Below, one piece after another: positions 55,701 through 62,993 of a DNA stretch of 62,993 nucleotides. Under the pieces are notes generated by a model that was not told the origin of the DNA, did not search any database, and saw only the letters and a program-made list of their open reading frames with translations. Each line of letters starts with the position of its first letter. Position 1 is the first letter of the stretch. This stretch comes from Candidatus Omnitrophota bacterium (GTDB lineage: Bacteria > Omnitrophota > Gorgyraeia > 2-02-FULL-51-18). The stretch spans positions 1-62,993 of the forward strand of contig JAHFFN010000004.1 in assembly GCA_023247915.1 (NCBI GenBank), written 5' to 3'. The translations under genes were made by a program, and so were the position numbers.

Positions 55701-55840
55701 GTATTCCGATGGCAGTGGCGGTCATCGGCGGAGTCGTTTTATCCACTTTTTTAACTCTGTTTGTGGTACCGTGTGCCTACAGCGTGTTTTCAAAGTTTGA
55801 AAGAAAAGCGTTTCACGTGGAGAAAAATGAAAAAAATTAG
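52736..55840 (+). CDS. RND (AcrB/HAE1-type) inner-membrane efflux pump
   Basis: ATGA overlap. MTLSDISIKNPVFSWMLMAALIVFG. LALSLAIGIVVDDAIMVLENI. 12-TM, two-large-loop architecture. 1,034 aa. Confidence 0.92.
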   Translation: MTLSDISIKNPVFSWMLMAALIVFGGISYKDLGVSQMPEIDFPVLTVSVTWEGAAPEVMESDVADVIEDAVMSSQGLKEVTSTTRQGSTDVKLEFDLSRDIDVALQEVQSRVAQAQRRLPEDIDPPTVSKQNPTDQPIMWLAVSGDMPLREMITYVQDHLKDRFQTIPGVGEILLSGYVDRNLRVWVSDKKLEEYQLTVGDIIGAIESNHAELPAGRIETPEKEMNVRTMGEALSIEEFGNILISRRGGQPVYKPIYLKDVAQIEDALADQRRLSRVLGKPAVGLGIRKQTGANSVEVAHAVKKKLAEVQKDLPEGMRLGINFDSTTFVEDAIHELLFALLMSALLTAAVCWFFLGSWSSTFNILLAIPTSIIGSFLVFRFMGFTLNTFTVLALSLAIGIVVDDAIMVLENIFRYHEKGLGRVEAAQEGARQITFAAIAATLALVAIFLPVAFMKGVIGRFFFEFGVAISAAVLFSLLEALTLTPMRASQFLEVDERKSRLGKAVEKWFSDLAALYGRSLKRALSIPWIVIAASVVFFGVSILLFAPLRKEFVPAQDQGYFLLRLQTPVGSSLPYTNERFKQAEDYVQKVPEVERYFAAIGGFGGGEVNTGMLFVSLKSKGHRGVRSGAHREKTQADLMMDFRTDLNKIPNTKVFVQDLSMRGFTAQRGYPVEFSVQGSDWAKLAEYSQKIMEKMKETGLMVDVDTDYLLGVTEVQIQPNRAKAEEHGVDMATIGNAVNALIGGQRVGKYTQGGRRYDVRVRLIASDRMKPEDVEKIWIWNNRGERVKLSEVVDIHLKPSLLSITRRNRERSIGVFANMVPGKSQADALAAVQKIADEVLPDGYRIELTGGAKSMKESFGSLGFAFILGIVIAYMILASQFNSFIHPAIVLLAMPFAISGAVIALLVTNQSLNLYSMIAFILLMGIVKKNSILLVEFTNHVRSEKGKSAHEALLEACPIRLRPILMTSVATIAAAIPPAMALGPGAETRIPMAVAVIGGVVLSTFLTLFVVPCAYSVFSKFERKAFHVEKNEKN

Positions 55841-56450
55841 AAAGCCCGTCATTTGTTGTTTGGATCTGGAAGGCGTTTTGGTTCCCGAGATTTGGATCCA
55901 GGTCGCCGAAAGAACGCAGATCAAGGAATTGCGTCTCACCACCCGTGACATTCCCAACTACGATGTGTTAATGCGCCGCCGGATGGAAATTTTGCGCACG
56001 CATGGCATCAAGCTGGAATTGATCCAAAAAGTCATTTCAAAGATGAATCCGCTGAATGGCGCCGAAGCGTTTTTAGACCGTCTGCGGATGAAATACCAGG
56101 TGATTATTCTTTCCGACACTTTCTACGAATTTGCGATGCCCCTCATAAAAAAGCTGGGATACCCCACACTTTTTTGCAATAAGCTTTCGACGGACTCCGA
56201 GGGTTTTATTTCCGGCTATCATTTGAGACAGCCCAATGGAAAACAGAAGGCGACTCAGGCTCTCAAAAGTATCGGCTTTGAAATCCGCGCCGCGGGGGAC
56301 TCGTACAATGATATTTCGATGCTCAAAACCGCCGATCGCGGGATTTTGTTTAATCCTCCCAAGGCGATCGCGCAGAAATACCGCGGATTTAAACTCGCCA
56401 AAACCTACAGCGATCTCTTCCGCTTGTTGGATTCGCCGTCTCAGGAATGA
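55827..56450 (+). CDS. thrH: ThrH-type phosphoserine phosphatase / homoserine phosphotransferase (HAD family)
   Basis: ICCLDLEGVLVPEIWIQVAE, TTRDIPNYDVLMRRRMEIL, VIILSDTFYEFAMPLIKKLGYPTLFCNKL, AAGDSYNDISML. Near-collinear with Pseudomonas ThrH as I recall it. Overlaps the RND gene end by 14 nt. Confidence 0.85.
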   Translation: MKKIRKPVICCLDLEGVLVPEIWIQVAERTQIKELRLTTRDIPNYDVLMRRRMEILRTHGIKLELIQKVISKMNPLNGAEAFLDRLRMKYQVIILSDTFYEFAMPLIKKLGYPTLFCNKLSTDSEGFISGYHLRQPNGKQKATQALKSIGFEIRAAGDSYNDISMLKTADRGILFNPPKAIAQKYRGFKLAKTYSDLFRLLDSPSQE

Positions 56451-57223
56451 AAAAAGTAAAAATACTTTCTTGGAATGTTAACGGCGTTCGCGCCGCGCTC
56501 AAAAAAGGTTTCCTGAATTGGCTGTCTAAAGAATCTCCGGACGTCCTGTGTTTGCAAGAAATCAAAGCCAAGCGCGAACAACTTCCCCCCGAACTTCTTT
56601 ATCCCAAAGGCTATGAAACGCATTGGAACCCCGCGGAGCGTCCCGGTTACAGCGGGGTGGCGACTTTCGCGAAATCAAAACCTCTGTCCGCTAAAAACGG
56701 TTTTGGGATCACGCATTTTGATTCGGAAGGCCGGGTTTTGGAAACAGATCACGGAGATTTTATTCTCTTTAATATTTATTTCCCCAACGGAAAACGCGAC
56801 GCGATTCGCTTGAAATACAAAATGGATTTTTACGAAGAAATTTTAGCCTATTTCCTGAAATTAAGAAAAAAGGGGAAGAAGCTTGTGATTTGCGGGGACG
56901 TGAACACCGCGCACAACGAGATTGATTTGGCTCGGCCCAAAGAAAATCAAAAAATATCCGGTTTTTTACCGGAAGAGCGCGCGTGGATGGATAAATTAGT
57001 CTCCAAAGGATTTATCGACACCTTTCGCGTATTTACCCAGGAGCCGGGGCATTACACGTGGTGGGACACCTTGACGCGAGCTCGGGAACGCAATGTCGGC
57101 TGGCGTATCGATTATTTTTTTATTTCCGACGATTTAAAGCCCAACCTCTCCAAAGCCTTTATTCTTCCGGATGTCCTGGGCTCCGACCATTGCCCCGTCG
57201 GGATTGAGCTAAAATTTAATTAG
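56447..57223 (+). CDS. xthA: Exodeoxyribonuclease III
   Basis: ATGA overlap. ILSWNVNGVRAA, VLCLQEIKA, GYSGVA, CGDVNTAHNEIDL, GWRIDYFFIS, GSDHCPV. Confidence 0.92.
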   Translation: MKKVKILSWNVNGVRAALKKGFLNWLSKESPDVLCLQEIKAKREQLPPELLYPKGYETHWNPAERPGYSGVATFAKSKPLSAKNGFGITHFDSEGRVLETDHGDFILFNIYFPNGKRDAIRLKYKMDFYEEILAYFLKLRKKGKKLVICGDVNTAHNEIDLARPKENQKISGFLPEERAWMDKLVSKGFIDTFRVFTQEPGHYTWWDTLTRARERNVGWRIDYFFISDDLKPNLSKAFILPDVLGSDHCPVGIELKFN

Positions 57224-57244
57224 TTTTAGTTAATCTTAAGTACT

Positions 57245-57266
57245 AAAATCAATTACTGTTGATTTT
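57245..57266 (+). terminator. Weak AT-rich hairpin after xthA
   Basis: AAAATCAA-TTACTG-TTGATTTT (8-bp A/T-rich stem whose 3' arm is a T-run). Marginal intrinsic terminator. Confidence 0.3.
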
Positions 57267-57367
57267 CCGTAATCTATTCTTAACCTGTCTGAAAATCATC
57301 CGTGACGCGCCTCCTTATACTTCCCGGTAGCTTTAGTTAAAAGTCAGGTTTTTCATGAGATTTCGTA

Positions 57368-57396
57368 TTGACAGTTCAAAGCAACTGCAGTAAGTT
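57368..57396 (+). promoter_or_regulatory. Candidate sigma-70 promoter of glnN
   Basis: TTGACA (57368-57373), 17-nt spacer, TAAGTT (57391-57396). RBS GAAGGGGAG lies ahead of ATG 57440. Confidence 0.4.
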
Positions 57397-57439
57397 ATCC
57401 GAATCTGTTCATCCACCAGAAAAAGAAGGGGAGTTAGCA

Positions 57440-59614
57440 ATGTCCATCGCACAAGAAATTGCAAGAGTGGTTAGTTCCAACGGAGATAAGCACATGAAGG
57501 AATCCCGCTTGAAAGATTCAAGCCTTACCAAACTTTTTGGTTCGAATGTTTTTAATGATAGAGCTATGCAAGAGCGTTTACCGAAGGACACCTATAAAGC
57601 GCTTCGCCAAACGATTGAGAAGGGCGCTCCGCTGACTCTCGAAGTGGCCAATGTCGTCGCCAACGCGATGAAGGATTGGGCGATTGAAAAAGGCGCGACA
57701 CACTACACGCATTGGTTTCAACCTTTGACCGGGATTACCGCGGAGAAACACGACTCCTTTTTATCTCCAAGCGATGACGGCGGATCCGTGATGGAATTTT
57801 CCGGCAAGCAATTGATTCAGGGCGAGCCCGACGCTTCCTCATTTCCCTCGGGCGGACTTCGTGCGACCTTTGAAGCGCGCGGTTATACGGCTTGGGATTG
57901 CACCTCACCGGCTTTCTTAAAAGAAGACGGTAACGGCTATGTCACTCTCACTATTCCTACAGCGTTTTGTTCTTATACCGGTGAAGCGCTGGATAAGAAA
58001 ACTCCGCTGTTGCGTTCCATCGAAGCCTTGTCCAAACAGGCGGTTCGTGTGCTTCGCGCTCTTGGCAACAAGACAGCGACTCGCGTGATGCCGACGATGG
58101 GTCCCGAGCAAGAGTATTTCTTGATTGATAAAAAATACTACGATGCGCGCATTGACTTGATCGCCAGCGGCCGTACCTTGTTTGGCGCTTCGTCACCGAA
58201 AGGTCAGGAGCTCGAGGATCAATATTTTGGCGCGATCCGTGACCGCATCTCTTCGTTTATGCGCGATCTGGATATCGAGCTTTGGAAAATGGGCGTGACC
58301 GCGAAGACCAAACACAATGAAGTGGCTCCCGCGCAGTATGAGCTGGCTCCTGTGTTTCAAACCATCAACATTGCCGCGGATCACAATCAGCTGGTGATGG
58401 AAACCTTACAGCGTGTGGCGCTCCGTCATGGCTTGGTTTGCTTGATCCATGAGAAGCCATTTGCGGGTGTGAATGGTTCCGGTAAGCACAACAACTGGTC
58501 GATGTCCACCAATGACGGGCAAAATCTTTTGGAGCCCGGCAAAACACCTCATGACAATGAGCAGTTCTTGGTTTTCTTGAGCGCGCTCATCAAAGCGGTG
58601 GATAAACACGCGTCCAAGCTTCGCGCTGGCGCCGCCAATCGCGGAAACGATCTGCGCTTGGGTGCCAACGAAGCGCCTCCGGCGATTATCTCGATTTTCA
58701 TGGGTGAAGAGTTGACCGATATTTTGGAAACGCTGGCCAAAGGCAAGAAGGCTTCGTCCAAAGGTCAACACTATCTCCATATCGGAGTCGATTCTTTACC
58801 GCCACTTCCTAAGGACAACACGGATCGCAACAGAACCTCTCCGTTTGCCTTTACCGGAAACAAGTTCGAGTTTCGCATGGTTCCTTCTTCCATCTCGATC
58901 TCTGGGCCGAACACGGTTCTGAACACGATCGTGACCGAAGCGTTGGATGACATCGCGACTCGTCTGGAGAAAGCTAAGGATATCAATAAGGAAGCTGAAG
59001 CTATCATCAAAGAGACGATGATCAAGCATGGCCGCGTGATTTTCAATGGCAACAACTACTCGGAAGAGTGGGTGAAGGAAGCCAAAAAGCGCGGACTCCC
59101 GAACATCAGCTCCGCTGTCGAAGCGTGGCATGAAATGGCGACTCCCGAAGCCGAGAAACTTTTCTCAAAATATAAAGTTCTCTCGAAAGAAGAGTTGCAT
59201 TCCCGTTACGACATTTATCTTGAGCAGTACGCCAAGATCATGAACATCGAGGCTCAGGCCGCGGTGCAAATGGTCAAGCGTCAGTACATTCCAGCGGTGA
59301 TCTCGTTCACCAATCAGCTGGCTCAGACCGTGTCTAATTTGAAGAATGCCGGTGGTTCCTCCACAGTTCAAAAGGAATTGCTGACCGATGTCTCTAAGCT
59401 TCTTGAATCTGCCAATAAAAAGCTGGCAATCTTTGAAGCGGTTCTTGAGAAGGCGCAAGGCACTTCCAATGTGGAAGCAAAAGCCGTGGCCTACCGCGAT
59501 AAAATTGTGCCGGGCTTGAATGACCTGCGCAAAGATATCGACACTCTTGAAACGTTGTTGCCTGCTTGCGCTTGGCCGGTTCCGACGTATGCGGAGATGT
59601 TGTTTAAGTCCTAA
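57440..59614 (+). CDS. glnN: Glutamine synthetase type III
   Basis: 724 aa from ATG 57440. [67 protein letters not shown]. Size and motifs are typical of GSIII. Confidence 0.92.
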   Translation: MSIAQEIARVVSSNGDKHMKESRLKDSSLTKLFGSNVFNDRAMQERLPKDTYKALRQTIEKGAPLTLEVANVVANAMKDWAIEKGATHYTHWFQPLTGITAEKHDSFLSPSDDGGSVMEFSGKQLIQGEPDASSFPSGGLRATFEARGYTAWDCTSPAFLKEDGNGYVTLTIPTAFCSYTGEALDKKTPLLRSIEALSKQAVRVLRALGNKTATRVMPTMGPEQEYFLIDKKYYDARIDLIASGRTLFGASSPKGQELEDQYFGAIRDRISSFMRDLDIELWKMGVTAKTKHNEVAPAQYELAPVFQTINIAADHNQLVMETLQRVALRHGLVCLIHEKPFAGVNGSGKHNNWSMSTNDGQNLLEPGKTPHDNEQFLVFLSALIKAVDKHASKLRAGAANRGNDLRLGANEAPPAIISIFMGEELTDILETLAKGKKASSKGQHYLHIGVDSLPPLPKDNTDRNRTSPFAFTGNKFEFRMVPSSISISGPNTVLNTIVTEALDDIATRLEKAKDINKEAEAIIKETMIKHGRVIFNGNNYSEEWVKEAKKRGLPNISSAVEAWHEMATPEAEKLFSKYKVLSKEELHSRYDIYLEQYAKIMNIEAQAAVQMVKRQYIPAVISFTNQLAQTVSNLKNAGGSSTVQKELLTDVSKLLESANKKLAIFEAVLEKAQGTSNVEAKAVAYRDKIVPGLNDLRKDIDTLETLLPACAWPVPTYAEMLFKS

Positions 59615-59621
59615 GAAATTA

Positions 59622-59657
59622 CCCCCTTCGTCCTAAACGGATGAAGGGGGCTTTTTT
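59622..59657 (+). terminator. Rho-independent terminator of glnN
   Basis: CCCCCTTCGTCC-TAAAC-GGATGAAGGGGG (12-bp stem with one G-U) followed by CTTTTTT. Confidence 0.85.
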
Positions 59658-59704
59658 AAACCACTTTCTTAAGGTTTTTAATTTCTTTTTCGGGTTGAAT
59701 CGGA

Positions 59705-59710
59705 TATAAT
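59705..59710 (+). promoter_or_regulatory. Perfect TATAAT box 8 nt upstream of the ROK-1 start codon (possible leaderless transcript)
   Basis: ggaTATAATccacaatcATG. No Shine-Dalgarno sequence between the box and ATG 59719. No good -35 box. Confidence 0.3.
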
Positions 59711-59718
59711 CCACAATC

Positions 59719-60948
59719 ATGGCTTACAGAGCACTCTATAAAAACGACCATTTAACCGACCGTGAGCGCAAAAACATCATCCTTTTGGATGTGATTCGCC
59801 GCAACGGCCCCATCGCCAAAACCGACATTTCCCGCATTACCCAGTTTAATATTGTCACGGTCTCCAATTATGTGGAGCATTACATTGATCAGAAGTTGGT
59901 ATCTGAAAAGGGGCTAGACATCTCCAGCGGCGGCCGTCGACCGGAGCTTGTGGAGCTTAACGCCGATTGGGGCAATTTAGTGGGTGTGGAAATTGGCCCC
60001 ACGCATATCCTGGTGATTTTATCGAATCTCACACCGACCATTTTACATAAATTGCGCATCAAAAGACCGGAAGGGCACATGGAAGTCGTGATTGCCGAAG
60101 CGGTCAAATTGGTTCGCCGTGTCATCGAAGAATCCAAGGCGCCTATCGACAAGCTTAAGGGCATCGGATTGGGCATTTCGGGAGTCATTGATCGCGGCGC
60201 CGGAACGATTCGCGACACGGATAAGATTCGCGGCAAAACAGTGGGGAGTTTCGCGACGGCCAAAAGTATTTTAGAAAAAGAATTTCGCGTGCCGGTGTCC
60301 GTCGGCAATGACGCCAGCCTTGCCGCGCTCGCTGAAAAAAAACTAAGCCTTCGCATTGACGATGAGAACGTGGTTTATTTTTATTCCGATGTCGGAAGCG
60401 GCGTGATCGCCAACAATGATTTGTTTTGGGGATCCAGCTGGAGCGCCGGCGAGATACAGCTGAATCTTGAAAATACCGAAGGCCTTGAGCTTGAGCCTTG
60501 GGTCACGCAGTCGGACTTTTTTAAATCCGAAGGCTTGGATCTGGGCATGGTACGCCGCGCTAAAGAAGCGGTCAAGAAAGACGGCGCCAAATCCAAGATT
60601 CTTGAGCTTGCCGGAAAAAATCCTGACAATATCGATGTGAATATTATTTTTGAGGCCGTCAAAAAAAATGACGCGACGGCCATTAAAATTGTGGAAGAAG
60701 CCAGCACACGCCTAGGCCTAAAAGTCGCGTACATTACCAATTTCTTTAATCCTGAAGTCATTGTGTTGGGTGGCGGTATCGAAAAAGGCGGGGAGTTGGC
60801 GCTCAATACGGTTCGTCGCGTCGTGAAGCAAATGGTCATGGAAGAAACCGCGGGAGTGGTTAAAATCATTTTGTCCCGCCTAGGCGAAGAAGCGGTTGCT
60901 TTTGGCGCCGTGTGTCTGGTCACCCAAGAATTATTCGCGGAGGTTTGA
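59719..60948 (+). CDS. ROK-family regulator (N-terminal wHTH + sugar-kinase fold), copy 1
   Basis: NIILLDVIRRNGPIAKTDISRITQFNIVTVSNYVEHYI, DISSGGRRPELVELN, VGNDASLAALAE, PEVIVLGGGI. The CxCGxxGC zinc motif is absent (region reads WGSSWSAGEIQLNLEN). Confidence 0.85.
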   Translation: MAYRALYKNDHLTDRERKNIILLDVIRRNGPIAKTDISRITQFNIVTVSNYVEHYIDQKLVSEKGLDISSGGRRPELVELNADWGNLVGVEIGPTHILVILSNLTPTILHKLRIKRPEGHMEVVIAEAVKLVRRVIEESKAPIDKLKGIGLGISGVIDRGAGTIRDTDKIRGKTVGSFATAKSILEKEFRVPVSVGNDASLAALAEKKLSLRIDDENVVYFYSDVGSGVIANNDLFWGSSWSAGEIQLNLENTEGLELEPWVTQSDFFKSEGLDLGMVRRAKEAVKKDGAKSKILELAGKNPDNIDVNIIFEAVKKNDATAIKIVEEASTRLGLKVAYITNFFNPEVIVLGGGIEKGGELALNTVRRVVKQMVMEETAGVVKIILSRLGEEAVAFGAVCLVTQELFAEV

Positions 60949-60949
60949 T

Positions 60950-62173
60950 ATGGCTGTGATTCGCCGCCGGCTTTTAGATCAGATTGAGCTCAACGACCAC
61001 GAAAAGAAAAACCTTCAGATTCTCGATACGATCCGCAAAAAGGGTCCCATCGCCCGCGCGGAAATCTCAAGACTCATTGGCCTCAATATCGTGACGGTCA
61101 CTAGCTACGTCGACCAGTACATCAAAAAAGGCGTGATCAAAGAAGTGGGGATCGACGTTTCCAGCGGCGGCCGCAAACCAACCCTGGTGGATCTGAATCC
61201 GTCGGCGATTTTCTTGATCGGTATCGGTCTGAATCTTGTCGATATGATCGCGGTGCTCTGCAATCTTAAAGGGGAAATCGTTTTTACCGTGAAGCGCGAA
61301 CGGCCTCTGGAAGCGGGCGAGGCGTTGGTGCGCTCGATGATTTCACTGGTGGAAGAACTTTTAGCGAAATCAAAAGTAGATACCGGAAAAGTGCATGGGA
61401 TTGGAATCGGCATTCCAGGCGTTTTTAATCGAGATACCAGCACAGTGCGTTGGCCGGTAGGACTTTTAGAAGAGGATCTTTCGATCTCGGTTTCTATTCA
61501 TGGAATTTTTGAAGAAAAATTTGGTATTCCCACGATTGTCGACAATGACGCCAACGCCGCGGTGTTTGGTGAGGAATGGTACGGAAAAGGATTGGGAGTT
61601 CAGCACGCCATTTATCTTTACTCCGGAAATGGTTGCGGCATTATGATCAATGGGCAAATTTATAGAGGGGCGAATGGTTGCGCGGGTGAATGGTTGTTTG
61701 ACGCTCGCGAAGATAATCCGTTACCGGCTCTGGTTGAATCTTACAATGCCGGCGTGTGGGGAATTGATTTGGGAATCGCGTTGGTGGCGCAAGCCCTGCA
61801 AAAGGAAAATCCTCAATCTAAAATTTATGAATTAGTGAAGGGAGATGCAAAAAAAGTAACTCTTTTTACGGTGATTCAAGCCGCTGAGGCCGGAGATGTT
61901 TTGGCACGTCGTTTGATCAAAGAGGGCGGACAGAGACTGGGTCGAAAAGCGGCATTTTTGGCCAATCTTTTTAATCCTGAAATTATTGTGATTGGCGGGG
62001 GAATCGAAGCCGCCGGAGCACCTCTTTTAGATGCCATTCGTGAAACGGTAAAACAGATGGCCGTTCCTGAAGCCACCGAAAAACTTCGCATTATTCCTTC
62101 TGCGCTCGCCGAAAACGGGGTGCCTCTAGGCGCCGCGGCGCTGGTCGCGCAGAATTATTTTATTAACGTCTAA
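60950..62173 (+). CDS. ROK-family regulator, copy 2
   Basis: GGAGG RBS. ATG 60950 lies 1 nt after the upstream TGA. NLQILDTIRKKGPIARAEISRLIGLNIVTVTSYVDQYI, DVSSGGRKPTLVDLN, VDNDANAAVFGE, PEIIVIGGGI. Zinc motif absent (YRGANGCAGEWLFDARED). Confidence 0.85.
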   Translation: MAVIRRRLLDQIELNDHEKKNLQILDTIRKKGPIARAEISRLIGLNIVTVTSYVDQYIKKGVIKEVGIDVSSGGRKPTLVDLNPSAIFLIGIGLNLVDMIAVLCNLKGEIVFTVKRERPLEAGEALVRSMISLVEELLAKSKVDTGKVHGIGIGIPGVFNRDTSTVRWPVGLLEEDLSISVSIHGIFEEKFGIPTIVDNDANAAVFGEEWYGKGLGVQHAIYLYSGNGCGIMINGQIYRGANGCAGEWLFDAREDNPLPALVESYNAGVWGIDLGIALVAQALQKENPQSKIYELVKGDAKKVTLFTVIQAAEAGDVLARRLIKEGGQRLGRKAAFLANLFNPEIIVIGGGIEAAGAPLLDAIRETVKQMAVPEATEKLRIIPSALAENGVPLGAAALVAQNYFINV

Positions 62174-62185
62174 TCCGGACTCTTG

Positions 62186-62545
62186 ATGCAAGCGCGTCTT
62201 TGCGTTTATTGCCAGGCCGAATTCACGCCAAATAAGTATTCCCCCGCACAAAAAATTTGCTCTAATCCTCCGTGCCAGACCCGGCGTCACTCTGAGAGCA
62301 TGAAGGCGTGGCGAGAACGCAATCCTAATTATTTTAAATTTGACGAATCCAAAAGCGTGATATGGCTGGAGACTCAACGCAGTCGCTCCAAGGTGTGGCG
62401 CACACGTAATCCGGAGAAAGTGAAGGGTTATCGCCAATCCCATTTGGAAGAGTATCGCCGCTACATGAAAGAATACATGCGTCAATACCGCGAACGAAAA
62501 AAACCAAGCACTCCGCCTTCCCCGGAAAATCCTGTTTCCCAATAA
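62186..62545 (+). CDS. Small basic zinc-ribbon-like protein (hypothetical)
   Basis: CVYCQ..(17)..CSNPPC four-Cys pattern. Duplicated W-R-x-R-N-P-x-x-x-K motif (AWRERNPNYFK, VWRTRNPEKVK). Lys/Arg-rich tail. The opposite-strand ORF is less plausible. Confidence 0.45.
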   Translation: MQARLCVYCQAEFTPNKYSPAQKICSNPPCQTRRHSESMKAWRERNPNYFKFDESKSVIWLETQRSRSKVWRTRNPEKVKGYRQSHLEEYRRYMKEYMRQYRERKKPSTPPSPENPVSQ

Positions 62546-62556
62546 CAATTCTCCAA

Positions 62557-62587
62557 TGTAAACCAAATAAAAGCTTTCTGGTTTACA
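62557..62587 (+). promoter_or_regulatory. BirA-type biotin operator (bioO)
   Basis: TGTAAACC (62557-62564), 15 nt, GGTTTACA (62580-62587). Perfect 8-bp inverted repeat whose half-sites match E. coli bioO as I recall it. Sits immediately upstream of the bioB promoter. Confidence 0.75.
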
Positions 62588-62596
62588 ATCAATTTT

Positions 62597-62605
62597 TGGT
62601 ATAAT
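62597..62605 (+). promoter_or_regulatory. Extended -10 promoter of bioB
   Basis: TGgTATAAT (TGn + perfect TATAAT). GGAG RBS at 62621-62624, 6 nt before ATG 62631. Confidence 0.55.
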
Positions 62606-62630
62606 TATCAAAACAAATTTGGAGAAACCC

Positions 62631-62993
62631 ATGCTGGATTTGATATTAAAAGTTCGTGAGCAAGTTTTAAATGGCGGATCGATTTCACGCGAAGACGCGA
62701 TTAAGCTTTCCTCCATGGAAGCGATCCATGTTCCTTATTTGGCCGCCACCGCCAATGAAGTCCGGGAAAAATTTGTGGGCTCCACGATTGAATCCTGTGC
62801 GCTCTCCAATATCAAAAGCGGCAATTGCAGTGAAGACTGTAAATTTTGCGCGCAGTCCGGGCATTACAAGACCGACAGCCCGGTTTATCCGCAAATCAGC
62901 GTGGAAGAGATTGTGAGTCAGGCCAAGGCCGCCGAGGCGATGGGCGCTACCGAATTTTGTATGGTTTCCAGCGGTTGGGGGGCGACTATCGGG
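62631..62993 (+). CDS. bioB: Biotin synthase, 3'-truncated by the window edge
   Basis: Not in the ORF track because there is no stop in the window. My translation: MLDLILKVREQVLNGGSISREDAIKL..CALSNIKSGNCSEDCKFCAQSGHYKT..EFCMVSSGWG. Radical-SAM CxxxCxxC in the BioB context. Confidence 0.92.
   Translation, partial: MLDLILKVREQVLNGGSISREDAIKLSSMEAIHVPYLAATANEVREKFVGSTIESCALSNIKSGNCSEDCKFCAQSGHYKTDSPVYPQISVEEIVSQAKAAEAMGATEFCMVSSGWGATIG

Noticed and set aside
57224-57367. I searched the long glnN upstream region for NtcA (GTA-N8-TAC) or GlnR/TnrA (TGTNA-N7-TNACA) sites, or a glutamine riboswitch-like structure.
   Set aside because: I found only GTA-N11-TAC and a repeated 9-mer (TTTAGTTAA at about 57228 and 57333). 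Neither has the correct spacing, and I saw no convincing conserved helices.
62582-62587. TTTACA as the -35 box for bioB.
   Set aside because: It is only 12 nt from the TATAAT box, too close for sigma-70. The TGn extended -10 removes the need for a -35 box. The hexamer is better explained as part of the right BirA half-site.
62126-62716. 196-aa minus-strand ORF spanning the end of ROK-2, the zinc-ribbon ORF, the bioB operator/promoter and the bioB start.
   Set aside because: It would run through a clear regulatory region and through the N-terminus of an unmistakable bioB. Its product has no motifs. The plus-strand genes explain the region better.
1-62993. Scan for rRNA, tRNA, tmRNA, CRISPR repeats and prophage or integrase genes.
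   Set aside because: Reading both strands by eye, I found no regularly spaced direct repeats, no tRNA-like T-arm/acceptor signatures in the few intergenic regions, and no integrase. A tool such as tRNAscan-SE or minced should confirm this.

Overview
62,993-bp window from a diderm bacterium (TolC/RND genes, outer-membrane beta-barrel, many lipoboxes). The lineage cannot be named from sequence alone. I saw no rRNA, tRNA or CRISPR array. Coding density is high and most genes are on the + strand. Layout: (i) 1-4959 is the 3' part of a giant secreted LamG / coiled-coil / DUF4214 / C39-like / hydrophobic / hydrolase-like protein, followed 1 nt later by a small TPR lipoprotein. (ii) 5427-6163 is an IS200/RayT-type Y1 transposase bracketed by perfect 20-bp inverted repeats. 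(iii) 6.2-9.0 kb holds a HEAT-like protein and three consecutive lipoproteins. (iv) 9.0-45.1 kb is a glycan-assembly megalocus. It contains five membrane-anchored SGNH proteins and a 2,038-aa S8 protease-LamG-beta-helix protein. It also holds two GT-C + polyprenyl-P GT2 + SGNH modules flanking an XRE-cupin regulator, and divergent wzm-wzt. An 18-gene translationally coupled operon follows, with five sulfotransferases and at least 11 glycosyltransferase-like genes, closed by a convergent cysC (APS kinase). (v) 45.2-47.7 kb is a FecR-domain protein plus an OM barrel. (vi) 47.7-63.0 kb is housekeeping: hppA, dedA, marR-tolC-RND (no adaptor gene), thrH, xthA, glnN, two tandem ROK regulators, a zinc-ribbon protein, and bioB behind a BirA-type operator. 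The best candidate for an undescribed system is the sulfation-centred, ABC-transporter-linked glycan locus with its duplicated GT-C/GT2/SGNH modules and the giant protein embedded in it. All family assignments rest on motifs read by eye; no database search was possible.
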